64,000 bases of DNA from Paramoeba atlantica (taxonomy: Eukaryota > Protista > Discosea). A program made the position numbers and the translations under genes. The notes below the pieces were generated by a model that saw only the letters and a program-made list of their open reading frames with translations, was not told where the DNA came from and ran no database searches. Numbering within the stretch: the first letter of the stretch is position 1; every line of letters starts with the position of its first letter. The stretch is from the NCBI GenBank assembly GCA_977017575.1, contig CDRNVI010000002.1, forward strand, positions 1 through 64,000, given 5' to 3'. This document shows positions 39,600-49,546 of the stretch, piece by piece.

Positions 39600-39704
39600 T
39601 TTAGGCTCTTCATTAAACGTGGTGGTTGTTTTCAACTTAGTCAAGTCACTCGTGCTGCGCGCTTCGCGTTGAAAACTACCTCCGCATTTAACGAAGAGAC
39701 TAAA
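39600..39704. mobile_element. Second full copy of the 103-bp hairpin MITE (opposite spacer orientation)
   Basis: TTTAGGCTCTTCATTAAACGTGGTGGTTGTTTTCAAC..CTGCGCGCTTCGC-GTTGAAAACTACCTCCGCATTTAACGAAGAGACTAAA. Confidence 0.85.
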
Positions 39705-39859
39705 AAAGGAAATTTGATCAGGAAAGCCGAAGAATATTTGAGCGAAAAATAGCCGATTTTTAGGTAAAAATGGGGGTATTCTTGCGTATTTTTGCCCTCA
39801 GAACACTAAATCTTAAAGTACATGTAGTAGCAGTAATATACACGCTGTTGAATCCTTTT

Positions 39860-42730
39860 TTACTTCCTACCGCTACTCTTTCTCTCCCCTGGAGCAAGCC
39901 CATGACCCGACGTCGGCGTGGCCATCGGGGATCCAAGGATTCCATTACTGGGCTTAACGCCCCACTATCCTCGACCTCAGGGGGACCTGCTACCACCCCT
40001 CTCAGGCGAGGCTCCAGCCCCCATCCCTCCCTAGGGGTCGAGGGGCTGCGCCAGCTCTCCATCGAGGAGCTGAAGAAGGCGAGGTCGGACTTGGTCGTCC
40101 GAGTCAAGGAGCAGCACAAGACATGTGCATGTGACTTCTGTGGCCTCCCTTTCGTGCCAATCAGGCGGTACAACCGCCTGTGTGATGAGTGCGTCTCTCT
40201 GCGCTCTCGGCACAGGAACTACATACGAGCGCGTGCTTTGACGCAAGCCTCTGGGACCCCTCCATCCCGTTCCACGTCTTCCTCCCGATCCTCCCGCGCC
40301 AAGTCCCCGGCCTGCAGGATCACACGCTCTTCTTCCTCTAGGGGCCGATCCCGGAGCGTAAACCGTACAGGTACTACGGTTGCCCCACCCCTATCCTCAG
40401 GAAATCGGCTAACGTCTCCTTTGCTCATCTCCCTACCTCCGACAGCCACCGCGCGTCCTACGCCCGCGTCTCGATGCCAGGCACGGAGACCGCCCCTCAG
40501 TCCGCGTCGGACATTATGGATAGTGACGCCCCCACCCAGGCGGAGCACCCGCTTAACCTGCCTACTCTAGGACAACAGTTTAAGGCTATGGACGCCGTGC
40601 GTCTCAAGCTCCTCCCCGCCCCCCTCTGTTCGGGGCGCCCTCTTGCGGAAACCGGCAGATGCTCCGCCTCTTTACGTCTTTACTCTGCCCTTCACTCGGA
40701 ACAAGAGAGGGTTTCCCTAGAGGAAATGGAGGTCAGGGCCCGTCGCGAGCTCCTCCTAGAGGCCATCAGTGGCTTACACGCCGCTCAGAAGGCCATCGAA
40801 GACCGCCTTTTCCTTATTAATCCGGGTCACCTAGTCTGCATCGAATGTCGACTACCCCAACCCCACCATGTTGCCCTACAAGCCCACCTCATCAAGGTGC
40901 ACGGGCCCAAGCGCCTTAGGAAAGCGTCTTTGGTCCTGCTTAAGGAACATGCCCCGGAAGCTCTCCGGATCAAAACCGAACGATACGCCACCCTGATGGC
41001 TTCGTACGCGGAGTTTTGCGCGGAGGAAGCCCGCTTGCGCTTGGCCCAGGTCTCCACCGAGCCCCACGGGCCCCCATGGCTCCTGCCCCCCCAACACTCC
41101 CCCCCTTCCTCCTTCCCCACCTCCCCCCTCACCTTTCCCCCCATTTCTCCTGGCGGACGGGCCGGGCGTACAAAGGGCACCGGCGAGAGCATCTACAGGG
41201 GAGGCACCGAATAAACCATTCGAACCGGAAGGAAAGGATGTTTTTAAAATACTCCTAGACTTTGGCCCCGAGCGCTCGAGCTATATCATCATCCCTTGCC
41301 CGCCCGAACGCTCGTTCCAAGCGATCATAGGCATAGTGGGCAACACCCTAGGGGTCCCGGGAGAGAGCCTACTCTTGAAAGACATTTCAGGAGAAGTCAC
41401 CTCCATCACCGACTGGAACGGGCTGGACCGTGCGCAACGAATCGCGGTCAGTTTGTCCCTTCCCCTCCTTTCCCCAGGGCCTGGCGACAGGCCCACACTC
41501 AGGGTGTATGATGGGACCCGTCACGGCTTGGTTTCGACCCCAGGTCTGAACGCGGCTCATGACATCCCCGCGGGGCTCAATGAGAGCCTAGGAATACCTC
41601 GGATCATGACCGGGGCTTGAGAGCCCCGCCAATACGAGGAAGGGCTCCTGTGGTGTTTCCTCCCCACGGAGACCCTTGTGAGTGAAACGGGTTGGACTAC
41701 CCGAGTACTCCAATGTAACCTCCGCAGAGGCTGCATTGAGGCGAATCCAGGCCCTCGATCTAAGTCGAGGCGAGCCTTAGGGGATACCCATAGTGCCCAA
41801 ACCGCCGGGGCGGTAACCCCTGCCCCGGTTAGGGAAGGCACCATATTGGAAGGGATTGCGGCAGCGACCTCTCCCCATAGCCCCTCCCGCCAGGATGGCA
41901 AACCCCCCACCCCTCCCCCGCCTCCATACCCCCATCTCATAGGGGCGGACCCTCCCGACAAGGCCCCCCACTTCACGCCCCCTAATACCCAAGGCGCGGT
42001 AACCGAGTAGGGTGACATCACGCCCTCCCCGGACAGCCTGGCACAGCTCCTTGAAAGGGGCTCGCTGCGTACTCTTTACGCAGTCCAATGCCCCCCTTGG
42101 AAGGACTACGTCACGTCGGTGTGCAGCAACTTCTTGGGGAAGTCCATACGACGGAAAGCTCAAGATCGCCTGGGATCTCCTTCTCGGGGTCAAACGGTTC
42201 TTGTTTTTCCCCGAAGACAAGCTATCCCAAAGGCAGCTCGCCCAGGGAGCTTCGCAAAAGGGCTCACCTAGAGGGGTCGGAAACCTTAGCCCCGACCCCT
42301 CCCCTCACCAACAGCTTCCCCCGCTCCGTTATCAAGCGGGGGGTAGAGCTGATTCGGGCAGGGGCCTTCTCCAGGGCGGCCAAGATCTTGGAAGCCCCCC
42401 TCGACCCGCCGGCAAACCCTGTTACGGCGGGGGAACAGGCGAAACGCCTCCGCCCAGCGGGGGGTCCCTATAACACCCCTTTGTCTATGACAAAGACAGT
42501 CATGGACCCCTCCCGTCGGAGGCGGATGTTGCCCGGAAGGCAAGCCTGGCGCCGCTTAGAGCGCCAGGCCCGTCCGGATGGACCAAGGAACTCCTGGTCC
42601 CCATCCTGCAGGAGGGTGAACCGAGGGACGTCGTCACTTGGATCATTCAAGGGATCCTCACCAACTCCCTGCCTCCCACGATGAGGGATAGTGCCGTTTC
42701 GTCTAAAACTGCTGCAAAATGGGCGACATA
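39860..42730 (+). mobile_element. Degenerate CRE/SLACS/CZAR-like non-LTR retrotransposon, 3'-truncated at the start of RT
   Basis: Multi-frameshift ORF: CxxC..CxxC (40124-40192), C2H2 finger CIEC-x12-H-x4-H (40837-40902), Pro-rich linkers, GCIEANPGP (41729-41755), RGVELIRAGAFSRAAKIL..EQAKRLRP, APGPSGWTKELLVP (42561-42602). Confidence 0.8.
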
Positions 42731-42796
42731 TTAGTGCGTACTAATGAGGGGCTGCGGATGACGTAAAGCGCTGTTTCGCGTTGCTTCAAAACTGCG

Positions 42797-42979
42797 TACT
42801 CTCCCCCCTTCCCTTAAGAGCACCCGGCCAGACCCCCCCGTTTAAGCGCACATAAAGTTGAAGGGAAGAGCCCGGCGCCGCGAAGCGGCGCCAATTCTTT
42901 TTACGTAGTGATTCAGACCCCCCCCGTTTAAGCGCACTTTTCGCGGAAAACGAGGTGCGCTTAAACGGGGGGGACAGTA
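42797..42979. mobile_element. MITE, pogo-like TACTRT-C7 end class (core GTTTAAGCGCAC)
   Basis: Left TACTCTCCCCCCTTCCCTTAAGAGCACC; right (reverse complement) TACTGTCCCCCCCGTTTAAGCGCACC; two internal CCCCCCCGTTTAAGCGCAC copies; GGCGCCGCGAAGCGGCGCC hairpin. Confidence 0.8.
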
Positions 42980-43276
42980 AGTCAAAAAGGAAATAAGTAG
43001 CTATTTTTCATTTTAGATAACCAATGAATAAAAGAAGAGTAGGCATAGCTCTAGCTCTAGGAATAGCTCTAGCTCGGGAACGTCTAAACTGCTACTCCCA
43101 GAGTAAATTACCAAAAAATACAATAGAACAGAATCTAAGGATTTTTCGTTGTTCTTACCTATTCTTAGTTTCTATACTGTCTCCTTCCTACTAAACAACA
43201 ACAGCGGGTCGAAAGTTTCGACCCGAAATTCGCTATACATTACATATGCATCTTAGTAGGCGAAAGTATCCTGATT

Positions 43277-45631
43277 TTAAGAAAGCCAAGTGTGACCAAG
43301 AAGATGCAATGCAGATGTTCTAACGCTTGGATCATATTCCAAACAGCTCATTATGAAATCGGTACATTTTTCTGCCTCTGTCTTCGAGACAAATGCTTGC
43401 AACTCTTCAGTTAAATCACGAGAAAGCTTAACTTTGTGCGAGTATTTGAAGTCTCCGCATTTAAAAATCTTCGCAACAGGTGTTGTCTTGAGAGTAGTAA
43501 AAGAGGAAGGAAGCGGCCCAAGTAGTTCCATCATCATCGCAATGTGCTTAACATCGATACGAGTCTCACTATGAAGACCTTTCTTCGGGTCAAATAAATA
43601 CCGCCCTGTAATGAGTTCGTACACCAGACAGCCAAGAGACCACACATCCATTCGTGTAGTAATTGGTCCTTGTAGAATTATCTCAGGGGAACGATATTCT
43701 CTTGTCTGGAGTGTAATGCCCGGATTTTCCGCTCGCCCTGGGGTCCGCACGCAAAGACTACGCGTACAGAACTTTCCGGGCTCGAGCAGAAGCGACAAGC
43801 CAAAATCCGCAAGTATTGCGGTATAAAAATCATTTTTTCTTTGCCCCCGCTCAGAATTACCCTTTCTCATGCTTGTCCACTTATTAGAACAGACTAACAG
43901 TAGATTTTCTGGCTTCAGGTCTGTATGTACAACATTGATTCTCTCCAAGTGCATCAAAGCAGTTACTACGGATCGTATGACAGATTTTCGGTACCTTAAT
44001 TGAGAAGAAGAAAGCCGAATTTGCCTTCGCAGATGGTCTTCAATGACTGTTAGAAGGCTCGACTGGTAAACTGGCATAACCATGCAAGAAAATGTTTCTC
44101 GATTCCTCTGATAATCGAAGGTGTCTAAAACACGTATAATAGGACAAGACCCCATGTATTCTTTTTCCATACTGAAGTCTACCTCTTCAGATCGATTTAA
44201 CTTCTCGTGTATGTATTTTAGAAGATCCATTTCTATTTTGGCCAATTTCCGGACGGATACAGCGCACTTGCTTACTTTAATTGCAACGTGTACGTTATTC
44301 ACGTTTTCTTGGGCAAGATATACAGTTGAAAATCCCCCTTGCCCAAGCTTTTCCAGAACTTTATAGCGTTCATGTAACATGTCCCCCTTGCTAACGGCTA
44401 GGTGACCTTTGCCCTTCTTTTGCAAAGATATTCCAGCAGTTTGGTTCACAATACTTTGAAGAATAAATTTAGAAAGTTTACTACTCTTTTTATCGTCTTG
44501 CACGTGCTCAGCACCGTAACATGGAGGCAATAAATGGTTTGTTTCCTCGACCCACTTAGTTTCTACTCCGGTGAACTCTTTCTCTTCCGCTGCATATTCC
44601 GTGGCGTTATGGTAGGCCTCAGGAAATTCAGCATCAGAGAAGTCAAATTTTTGAGATTCTCTGGAAGAAATATGCACTGTTTGCTTTTCGAGATATGCGG
44701 CATCTGCCTTCGCATCTTCACAACACGCAGCATCATTTTTGACCGAATATGAAGGAGTTGAAGCAAATGTCTTCAAGAAACCATTCTCACCACTCACGCT
44801 TAAGACTGAAGAACCGCTTTTTAGCATTACAGCTATGTCAGCTGATGTGCTTTCGGAGCTACTCAACTCCGAGCAGCAGGATTTAGCTGAAATAATGGAG
44901 AAATTGCAACTCATTTTTGCTTCTTCCGGTTCTTTGCATGCAACGGAACTTTCGTTCACGTCCTCCGATTCGAATAATATCTTCTCTTCCGAATTTTCGA
45001 CTGGAATATTTTCTCGATCATAAAAGTCTGGAGATCGATGAACTTTGGAAAGAGAATTGTAAGCCTGAATTTCAGAGCACGTACCTTCATTCGAATCGCT
45101 GGACGAACGAGATCTTTTGACATTGAATTTCTGTGCGGGAGTCGAGCATGAGCTTTCACGCGAAGAGCTACCACAGTACGATGTGAATCCATGGGAATGC
45201 GTCGAATCGGGCAATTGTTTGTTCACGCGAGCAGGATCGTGGGTGAAAGCGTTTGGAGTAGATTTCCCGAATCCACGAAAGTGAGAATTCCACAAGCTTG
45301 GTCGGCGAGCTGCTCTTGATAATATTCGGGTGCTTGTTATTCCGCATATGAATGGCCTTGCTTCAGGGGATAAATTAGTGGAATTCTTTTGATCATTTTC
45401 TGTTGACGGTTTCTGATCGTCTAAGTCAGTTCTTACGGTTCCTACACTGTTGAACGCCGACGAGATCTCACTTGTACGTGAAACACACAATTTCTGGGTA
45501 AATTGACCCCATAATCGTTTTCTTTCCGTGCTATGCACCCCTAGTAAGGAAGAAAGACTTGGTAACTGAGTGGAACTAATCTGATTCCAGGTTCTCGGCT
45601 CATAGTGGGCATGTGGTTCTGTATGACGCAT
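43277..45631 (-). CDS. SR-protein kinase (SRPK)-like CMGC kinase with a long disordered N-terminus
   Basis: KLGQGGFSTVYLA, VAIK, HTDLKPENLLL, DFG, LQTREYRSPEIIL, DVWSLGCLVYELITG; ATG at 45631. Confidence 0.9.
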   Translation of the reverse strand: MRHTEPHAHYEPRTWNQISSTQLPSLSSLLGVHSTERKRLWGQFTQKLCVSRTSEISSAFNSVGTVRTDLDDQKPSTENDQKNSTNLSPEARPFICGITSTRILSRAARRPSLWNSHFRGFGKSTPNAFTHDPARVNKQLPDSTHSHGFTSYCGSSSRESSCSTPAQKFNVKRSRSSSDSNEGTCSEIQAYNSLSKVHRSPDFYDRENIPVENSEEKILFESEDVNESSVACKEPEEAKMSCNFSIISAKSCCSELSSSESTSADIAVMLKSGSSVLSVSGENGFLKTFASTPSYSVKNDAACCEDAKADAAYLEKQTVHISSRESQKFDFSDAEFPEAYHNATEYAAEEKEFTGVETKWVEETNHLLPPCYGAEHVQDDKKSSKLSKFILQSIVNQTAGISLQKKGKGHLAVSKGDMLHERYKVLEKLGQGGFSTVYLAQENVNNVHVAIKVSKCAVSVRKLAKIEMDLLKYIHEKLNRSEEVDFSMEKEYMGSCPIIRVLDTFDYQRNRETFSCMVMPVYQSSLLTVIEDHLRRQIRLSSSQLRYRKSVIRSVVTALMHLERINVVHTDLKPENLLLVCSNKWTSMRKGNSERGQRKNDFYTAILADFGLSLLLEPGKFCTRSLCVRTPGRAENPGITLQTREYRSPEIILQGPITTRMDVWSLGCLVYELITGRYLFDPKKGLHSETRIDVKHIAMMMELLGPLPSSFTTLKTTPVAKIFKCGDFKYSHKVKLSRDLTEELQAFVSKTEAEKCTDFIMSCLEYDPSVRTSALHLLGHTWLS

Positions 45632-45914
45632 TTTATAGAATATGGGAAAAAAGAAACGAATCCTCAAATACAAGTGGGTAGATAGGCTATTACTCCATAA
45701 ACTTTCATTGTCAGAAACACAGAATGTAAAAACGTATGGAATGGAAACCGTTTTTCTTTTTCTATGTAAAAGTATTACTGAGGGGGTGTATTTTGTATAA
45801 AGTGCGTACTAATATTTGACCCCTCTTCCAAAAATGATTAAACAGCTAGAAAAAAATCAAATCTTTGGCACCACAGTAAATCCTGCTAACCTTTGCAGCC
45901 CTATTAGGTTCAGC

Positions 45915-48683
45915 CTACCTCTTTAAGTTTCGCGCAATCCCCATGCTACCAGTATGCATGGCATTTACTTTGTCAATGCTAACACCATGTACTAAACAGA
46001 GCTGCTCAATTCGGCCTCGTACAGTTTTGTTGGCCAAGCAGGAAAACGAAAATTCCGATAGAAAATATTTAAGGATAGCCTCTACAAAGTCTCGGTATAA
46101 TTTGTTTTTAATGTGATAAGTAAAGAAATCAAGAAGTGCTAACAGATAAGATCTCGTAGTTCTGGTAGGGGTGAGTAATTGTTGGTCCAAATTTGTTGCA
46201 TTTTGAAGATTTACAAGACCTCCAACGCTTTCTTCGATAGTAGTCATACTTTCAAGAGCAGCATCTTCGTTGTTATCGTCGCCCTCAATGCGCATACAGC
46301 CTTCTAACTCCAAGCAGATGGAAGACGCTGGTAGAGACATAAGATAATCCAGGGCCTTTTCATAGTTGGACTCAAGAAGAAACGAGGAAAAAAGTGAACT
46401 TCCTACATTCGTACTCAGATGATGCGTGAGTGATTTGTTGTCTTGGTTCGGAGCTTCGTCAATAGTTGATGGCACCGTAGGAGGTAGAAAAAAGGGAGCT
46501 GAAAACTTTTTCGGTGGCAATAGAGGTTTAGAACCCTGTGCGATACGATGTACGTATGGAATAGAACATACTTTATTCTTTGGCCATGTACTCCAGCACA
46601 TTTTGTCTTTTTCATTAGAAGCCTCCAGCTCGGAAAAATCGTTTACATTACCCTCTCCTGACGAACTAGGCTGCTCAACGTTCATCGGACCTCCATCTGA
46701 AGGATATTCTAAGAGGGGAGGACAAGATCTCACACTTGATGAATCCGAACAGACACCGTATCGAATAGCACAAGTCCAAAGAAAAATACCACGCTCACCA
46801 GCGTGAGTAGATAGTAGAAACCGTCCGTTGGAATCAAAGCTAATACTTGTGGCAGGGTGGTGAAATCGGTATTGTGCAACGAGACTGGCATTTAGCAGAT
46901 CCCATACACAGAGTGTTGAGTCGAGCGATGAGCTTATCAGATATCTCCTCGTAATAGGGTCAAGGACTAGATCTGTAATAGGCATTCGATGATGCGAAAA
47001 TATGCGGACCGACTCGTTAGAGACATCTTCACCAACAGAAACATCATATACTGAGATGCACGACGAGCCATCTGCAACACATAGCAAATTCGAATCATTA
47101 TGTAGCACACTCGAGGATAGCAGCTTTTCACTCGAAGCCGGAAACGAGCGCTGTGCCTTACCCTCAAGCAAATCATAAATAAAAATAGTTCCAGATTGCA
47201 CGTAAGAGATCACTCGCGTATTACAACCGGATACGTGGAGAGCTTGCGGGGCGGAAGGCAGAGCCGGTTCCCACTCGCAGCGCTTCGTGTTGGTTTGTAA
47301 ATAAAATGAATGTACTGTGCCATCTGTACACCCCACAATGCAAAAATGGCCGCATCGTGACAAGGTAATACATTCCGGCTGAACTTTCAGTTCCAACCCC
47401 TTTTTGGTGGCAGAAAGTTTATCGAGCCGCCACGTCTTCACTATATTTGAATTCTCATGCACGCTTGCAATACAGGCCCAGTCATTCTTTCGTGGAAGGC
47501 AACATGCTATCTTGGTGATAGGGGGCATTCGCACCTCAGAAATAGAGCATTGAAACTTCTTTGCAATGCGGCGCAGATGACCTTGAGAAAATTCAACGGA
47601 GAACAGATCAGTTAAGGCATGATGAATGCGCAGTGTATTGTCCAATCCTACACTACACAACCGGCTTTCATCAATAAAGCGTGCAAAAGAACACTCGCGA
47701 TAATGACCCTGGCGAGATCGCAAATGTTTCGCTGTTCCATTCAAGGCGTCAAACTTATACATGCGCAGAGCATTGTCTTCTCCGTTAGTAAGAAGAAGTT
47801 GAGTTCCGGGTAAAAAGGACACTCTTGCGCAACCACCGACATGACAAATTTCGTACCCACCATCCATAGAATCACACACTCCATTGGGTCCCATGACATA
47901 CAAAAGAGCACCGGTGTCCAGATCCCATACATTAACTGCCCCACCTTGTGATGCAGAGATTATCGTATGAAGCAATTCGGTGCTGAAGTCCACACTCCGA
48001 ATCGGCTGACCATCGCTGTGAGATAACCGCAGCACCTCCGCAGATGTGACTCTGTCCAAAATAACAACGGTCCCATTTTCCGTTCCTGCGGCGAAGAGTC
48101 TTGGAGCATACGGGCAAACTCGAAGAGAGCGAATGGCCCCTGTTCCCCCATAAGGAGCATCGCTTTTCCACACATTTTCTCTTTTTTGATAGTTCCATAG
48201 CTCAACCATTCCAGCAAATGTGCCCAGAAGAATACTGTGGTTAGACACCTCGCAAAGACCCGCACACGTGTAGTCAACGTTTGATTCCAGCATCACTCGA
48301 CGTACCAGGGTACCCTCTCGTTGACTCCACACACATATGGTGTGATCCGTGCCAACGGAGAGTAGCTCTTCGGTAGTTAACGTTTCCAGAGACAGAATCC
48401 GTCCCACCTTGGTGTGTTGGGCTCGCCAAACCTCCCGGGTGCAGTAAAACCCTCGTATCTCACCCTCCTTCGTCGCGACGAACTCCATAGAGCCTTGTAA
48501 GGCAACACAGACGATGGGGAAGTCCAGCACGTCGCTGACGCGCAGCAGGCGTAGTTGTTCGGCGTTGTACAAGTGGTACCGGCGGCCCACGGAGGTCATC
48601 ACCAGCGTGCGTCCGCGGTGAGTGGCGACGTCAAAAGGAATTCCGTCGGTCACGAGACCAATGCCACGGAAAGGACGAAACAT
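45915..48683 (-). CDS. UTP21: U3 snoRNP-associated WD40 protein UTP21/WDR36
   Basis: MFRPFRGIGLVTDGIPF start, GEDNALR, RSRQGH, many WD repeats, C-terminal SAPFFLP; ATG at 48683. Confidence 0.88.
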   Translation of the reverse strand: MFRPFRGIGLVTDGIPFDVATHRGRTLVMTSVGRRYHLYNAEQLRLLRVSDVLDFPIVCVALQGSMEFVATKEGEIRGFYCTREVWRAQHTKVGRILSLETLTTEELLSVGTDHTICVWSQREGTLVRRVMLESNVDYTCAGLCEVSNHSILLGTFAGMVELWNYQKRENVWKSDAPYGGTGAIRSLRVCPYAPRLFAAGTENGTVVILDRVTSAEVLRLSHSDGQPIRSVDFSTELLHTIISASQGGAVNVWDLDTGALLYVMGPNGVCDSMDGGYEICHVGGCARVSFLPGTQLLLTNGEDNALRMYKFDALNGTAKHLRSRQGHYRECSFARFIDESRLCSVGLDNTLRIHHALTDLFSVEFSQGHLRRIAKKFQCSISEVRMPPITKIACCLPRKNDWACIASVHENSNIVKTWRLDKLSATKKGLELKVQPECITLSRCGHFCIVGCTDGTVHSFYLQTNTKRCEWEPALPSAPQALHVSGCNTRVISYVQSGTIFIYDLLEGKAQRSFPASSEKLLSSSVLHNDSNLLCVADGSSCISVYDVSVGEDVSNESVRIFSHHRMPITDLVLDPITRRYLISSSLDSTLCVWDLLNASLVAQYRFHHPATSISFDSNGRFLLSTHAGERGIFLWTCAIRYGVCSDSSSVRSCPPLLEYPSDGGPMNVEQPSSSGEGNVNDFSELEASNEKDKMCWSTWPKNKVCSIPYVHRIAQGSKPLLPPKKFSAPFFLPPTVPSTIDEAPNQDNKSLTHHLSTNVGSSLFSSFLLESNYEKALDYLMSLPASSICLELEGCMRIEGDDNNEDAALESMTTIEESVGGLVNLQNATNLDQQLLTPTRTTRSYLLALLDFFTYHIKNKLYRDFVEAILKYFLSEFSFSCLANKTVRGRIEQLCLVHGVSIDKVNAMHTGSMGIARNLKR

Positions 48684-49003
48684 GAGGGGCCCTAGAAGAA
48701 AAAGAACAGAAGAAAGCTTGAGAAGTGCTGTGTCGATAGAGTCTGTATTTAGTGACAAGATGTCAGTATCGATTGAAAAAATAGTTTTTAAATAGAATGG
48801 GATTACTAGTTTTCTAGAGACTTTGGGTGGGCTTCACGTGTTTCGCATGTAAAAGTGTGAAAAAAAGCCGTGTAAGAGTGCTACCTTCTGGTAGAGGCGA
48901 GACAAGAAAAGAATCATGGAAGATGGAAAACGTGTGTAGGAGAAATAGTACTTCATAAGATAAAGTGCCAACGGAAATTGAAATACTTGGAGAAACGTTT
49001 GCA

Positions 49004-49309
49004 TCATTCGCACGCCAAATACGGATTTTCAATTTGCTCCATCCCGTCTTTGGGAGCCACAGCTAGAACACTACTCCCCTTCGCCAAAACAGCACCCAGC
49101 GGGCGGGAAGGTCTGATACCAGCAGATTTTTCTTCGTCAGTTTGTGCAGAGTCAGACAGCATTTCTAGTGTGCATACCATGGAAAGATTCATTGATGTAT
49201 CAAATCCTTTTAGTACGCCGTGAGTTTCTCTACCACCCACATGGAACACAACTACTTCCTTGTCAATGTATTTTTCGAGATTCTGCAAAGCAGCTTTCTT
49301 GTATGGCAT
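49004..49309 (-). CDS. LSM7: U6 snRNA-associated Sm-like protein LSm7
   Basis: LQNLEKYIDKEVVV..GGRETHGVLKGFD..NL..RPLGAVLAKGSSV..P.DGMEQIENP. Confidence 0.9.
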   Translation of the reverse strand: MPYKKAALQNLEKYIDKEVVVFHVGGRETHGVLKGFDTSMNLSMVCTLEMLSDSAQTDEEKSAGIRPSRPLGAVLAKGSSVLAVAPKDGMEQIENPYLACE

Positions 49310-49546
49310 GGTATGGAGAGTGTACAGATAAACAAGCGTAAAGCAAAAATTATTATGACGCGCTACGGCTAGCACCCTACATGTATATTTTAGAATCTGC
49401 TATTCTGCACTATGGTTATAGGTATCAAAAGTACAGTAATTTGCTAGATCATTGTAAACGAATAAACGATATGCGTTATCATTTTTTATGATCAATACAG
49501 TGCATACGCGGAAAAAGCAGTCGTGTTTCAAGGATTCTACCAATCA

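Noticed and set aside
3686-41620. Stop-codon reassignment (in-frame TAA/TGA at 3686, 10202, 28667, 41618)
   Set aside because: In-frame stops occur only in TE remnants and one LRR; all conserved housekeeping genes are uninterrupted in the standard code
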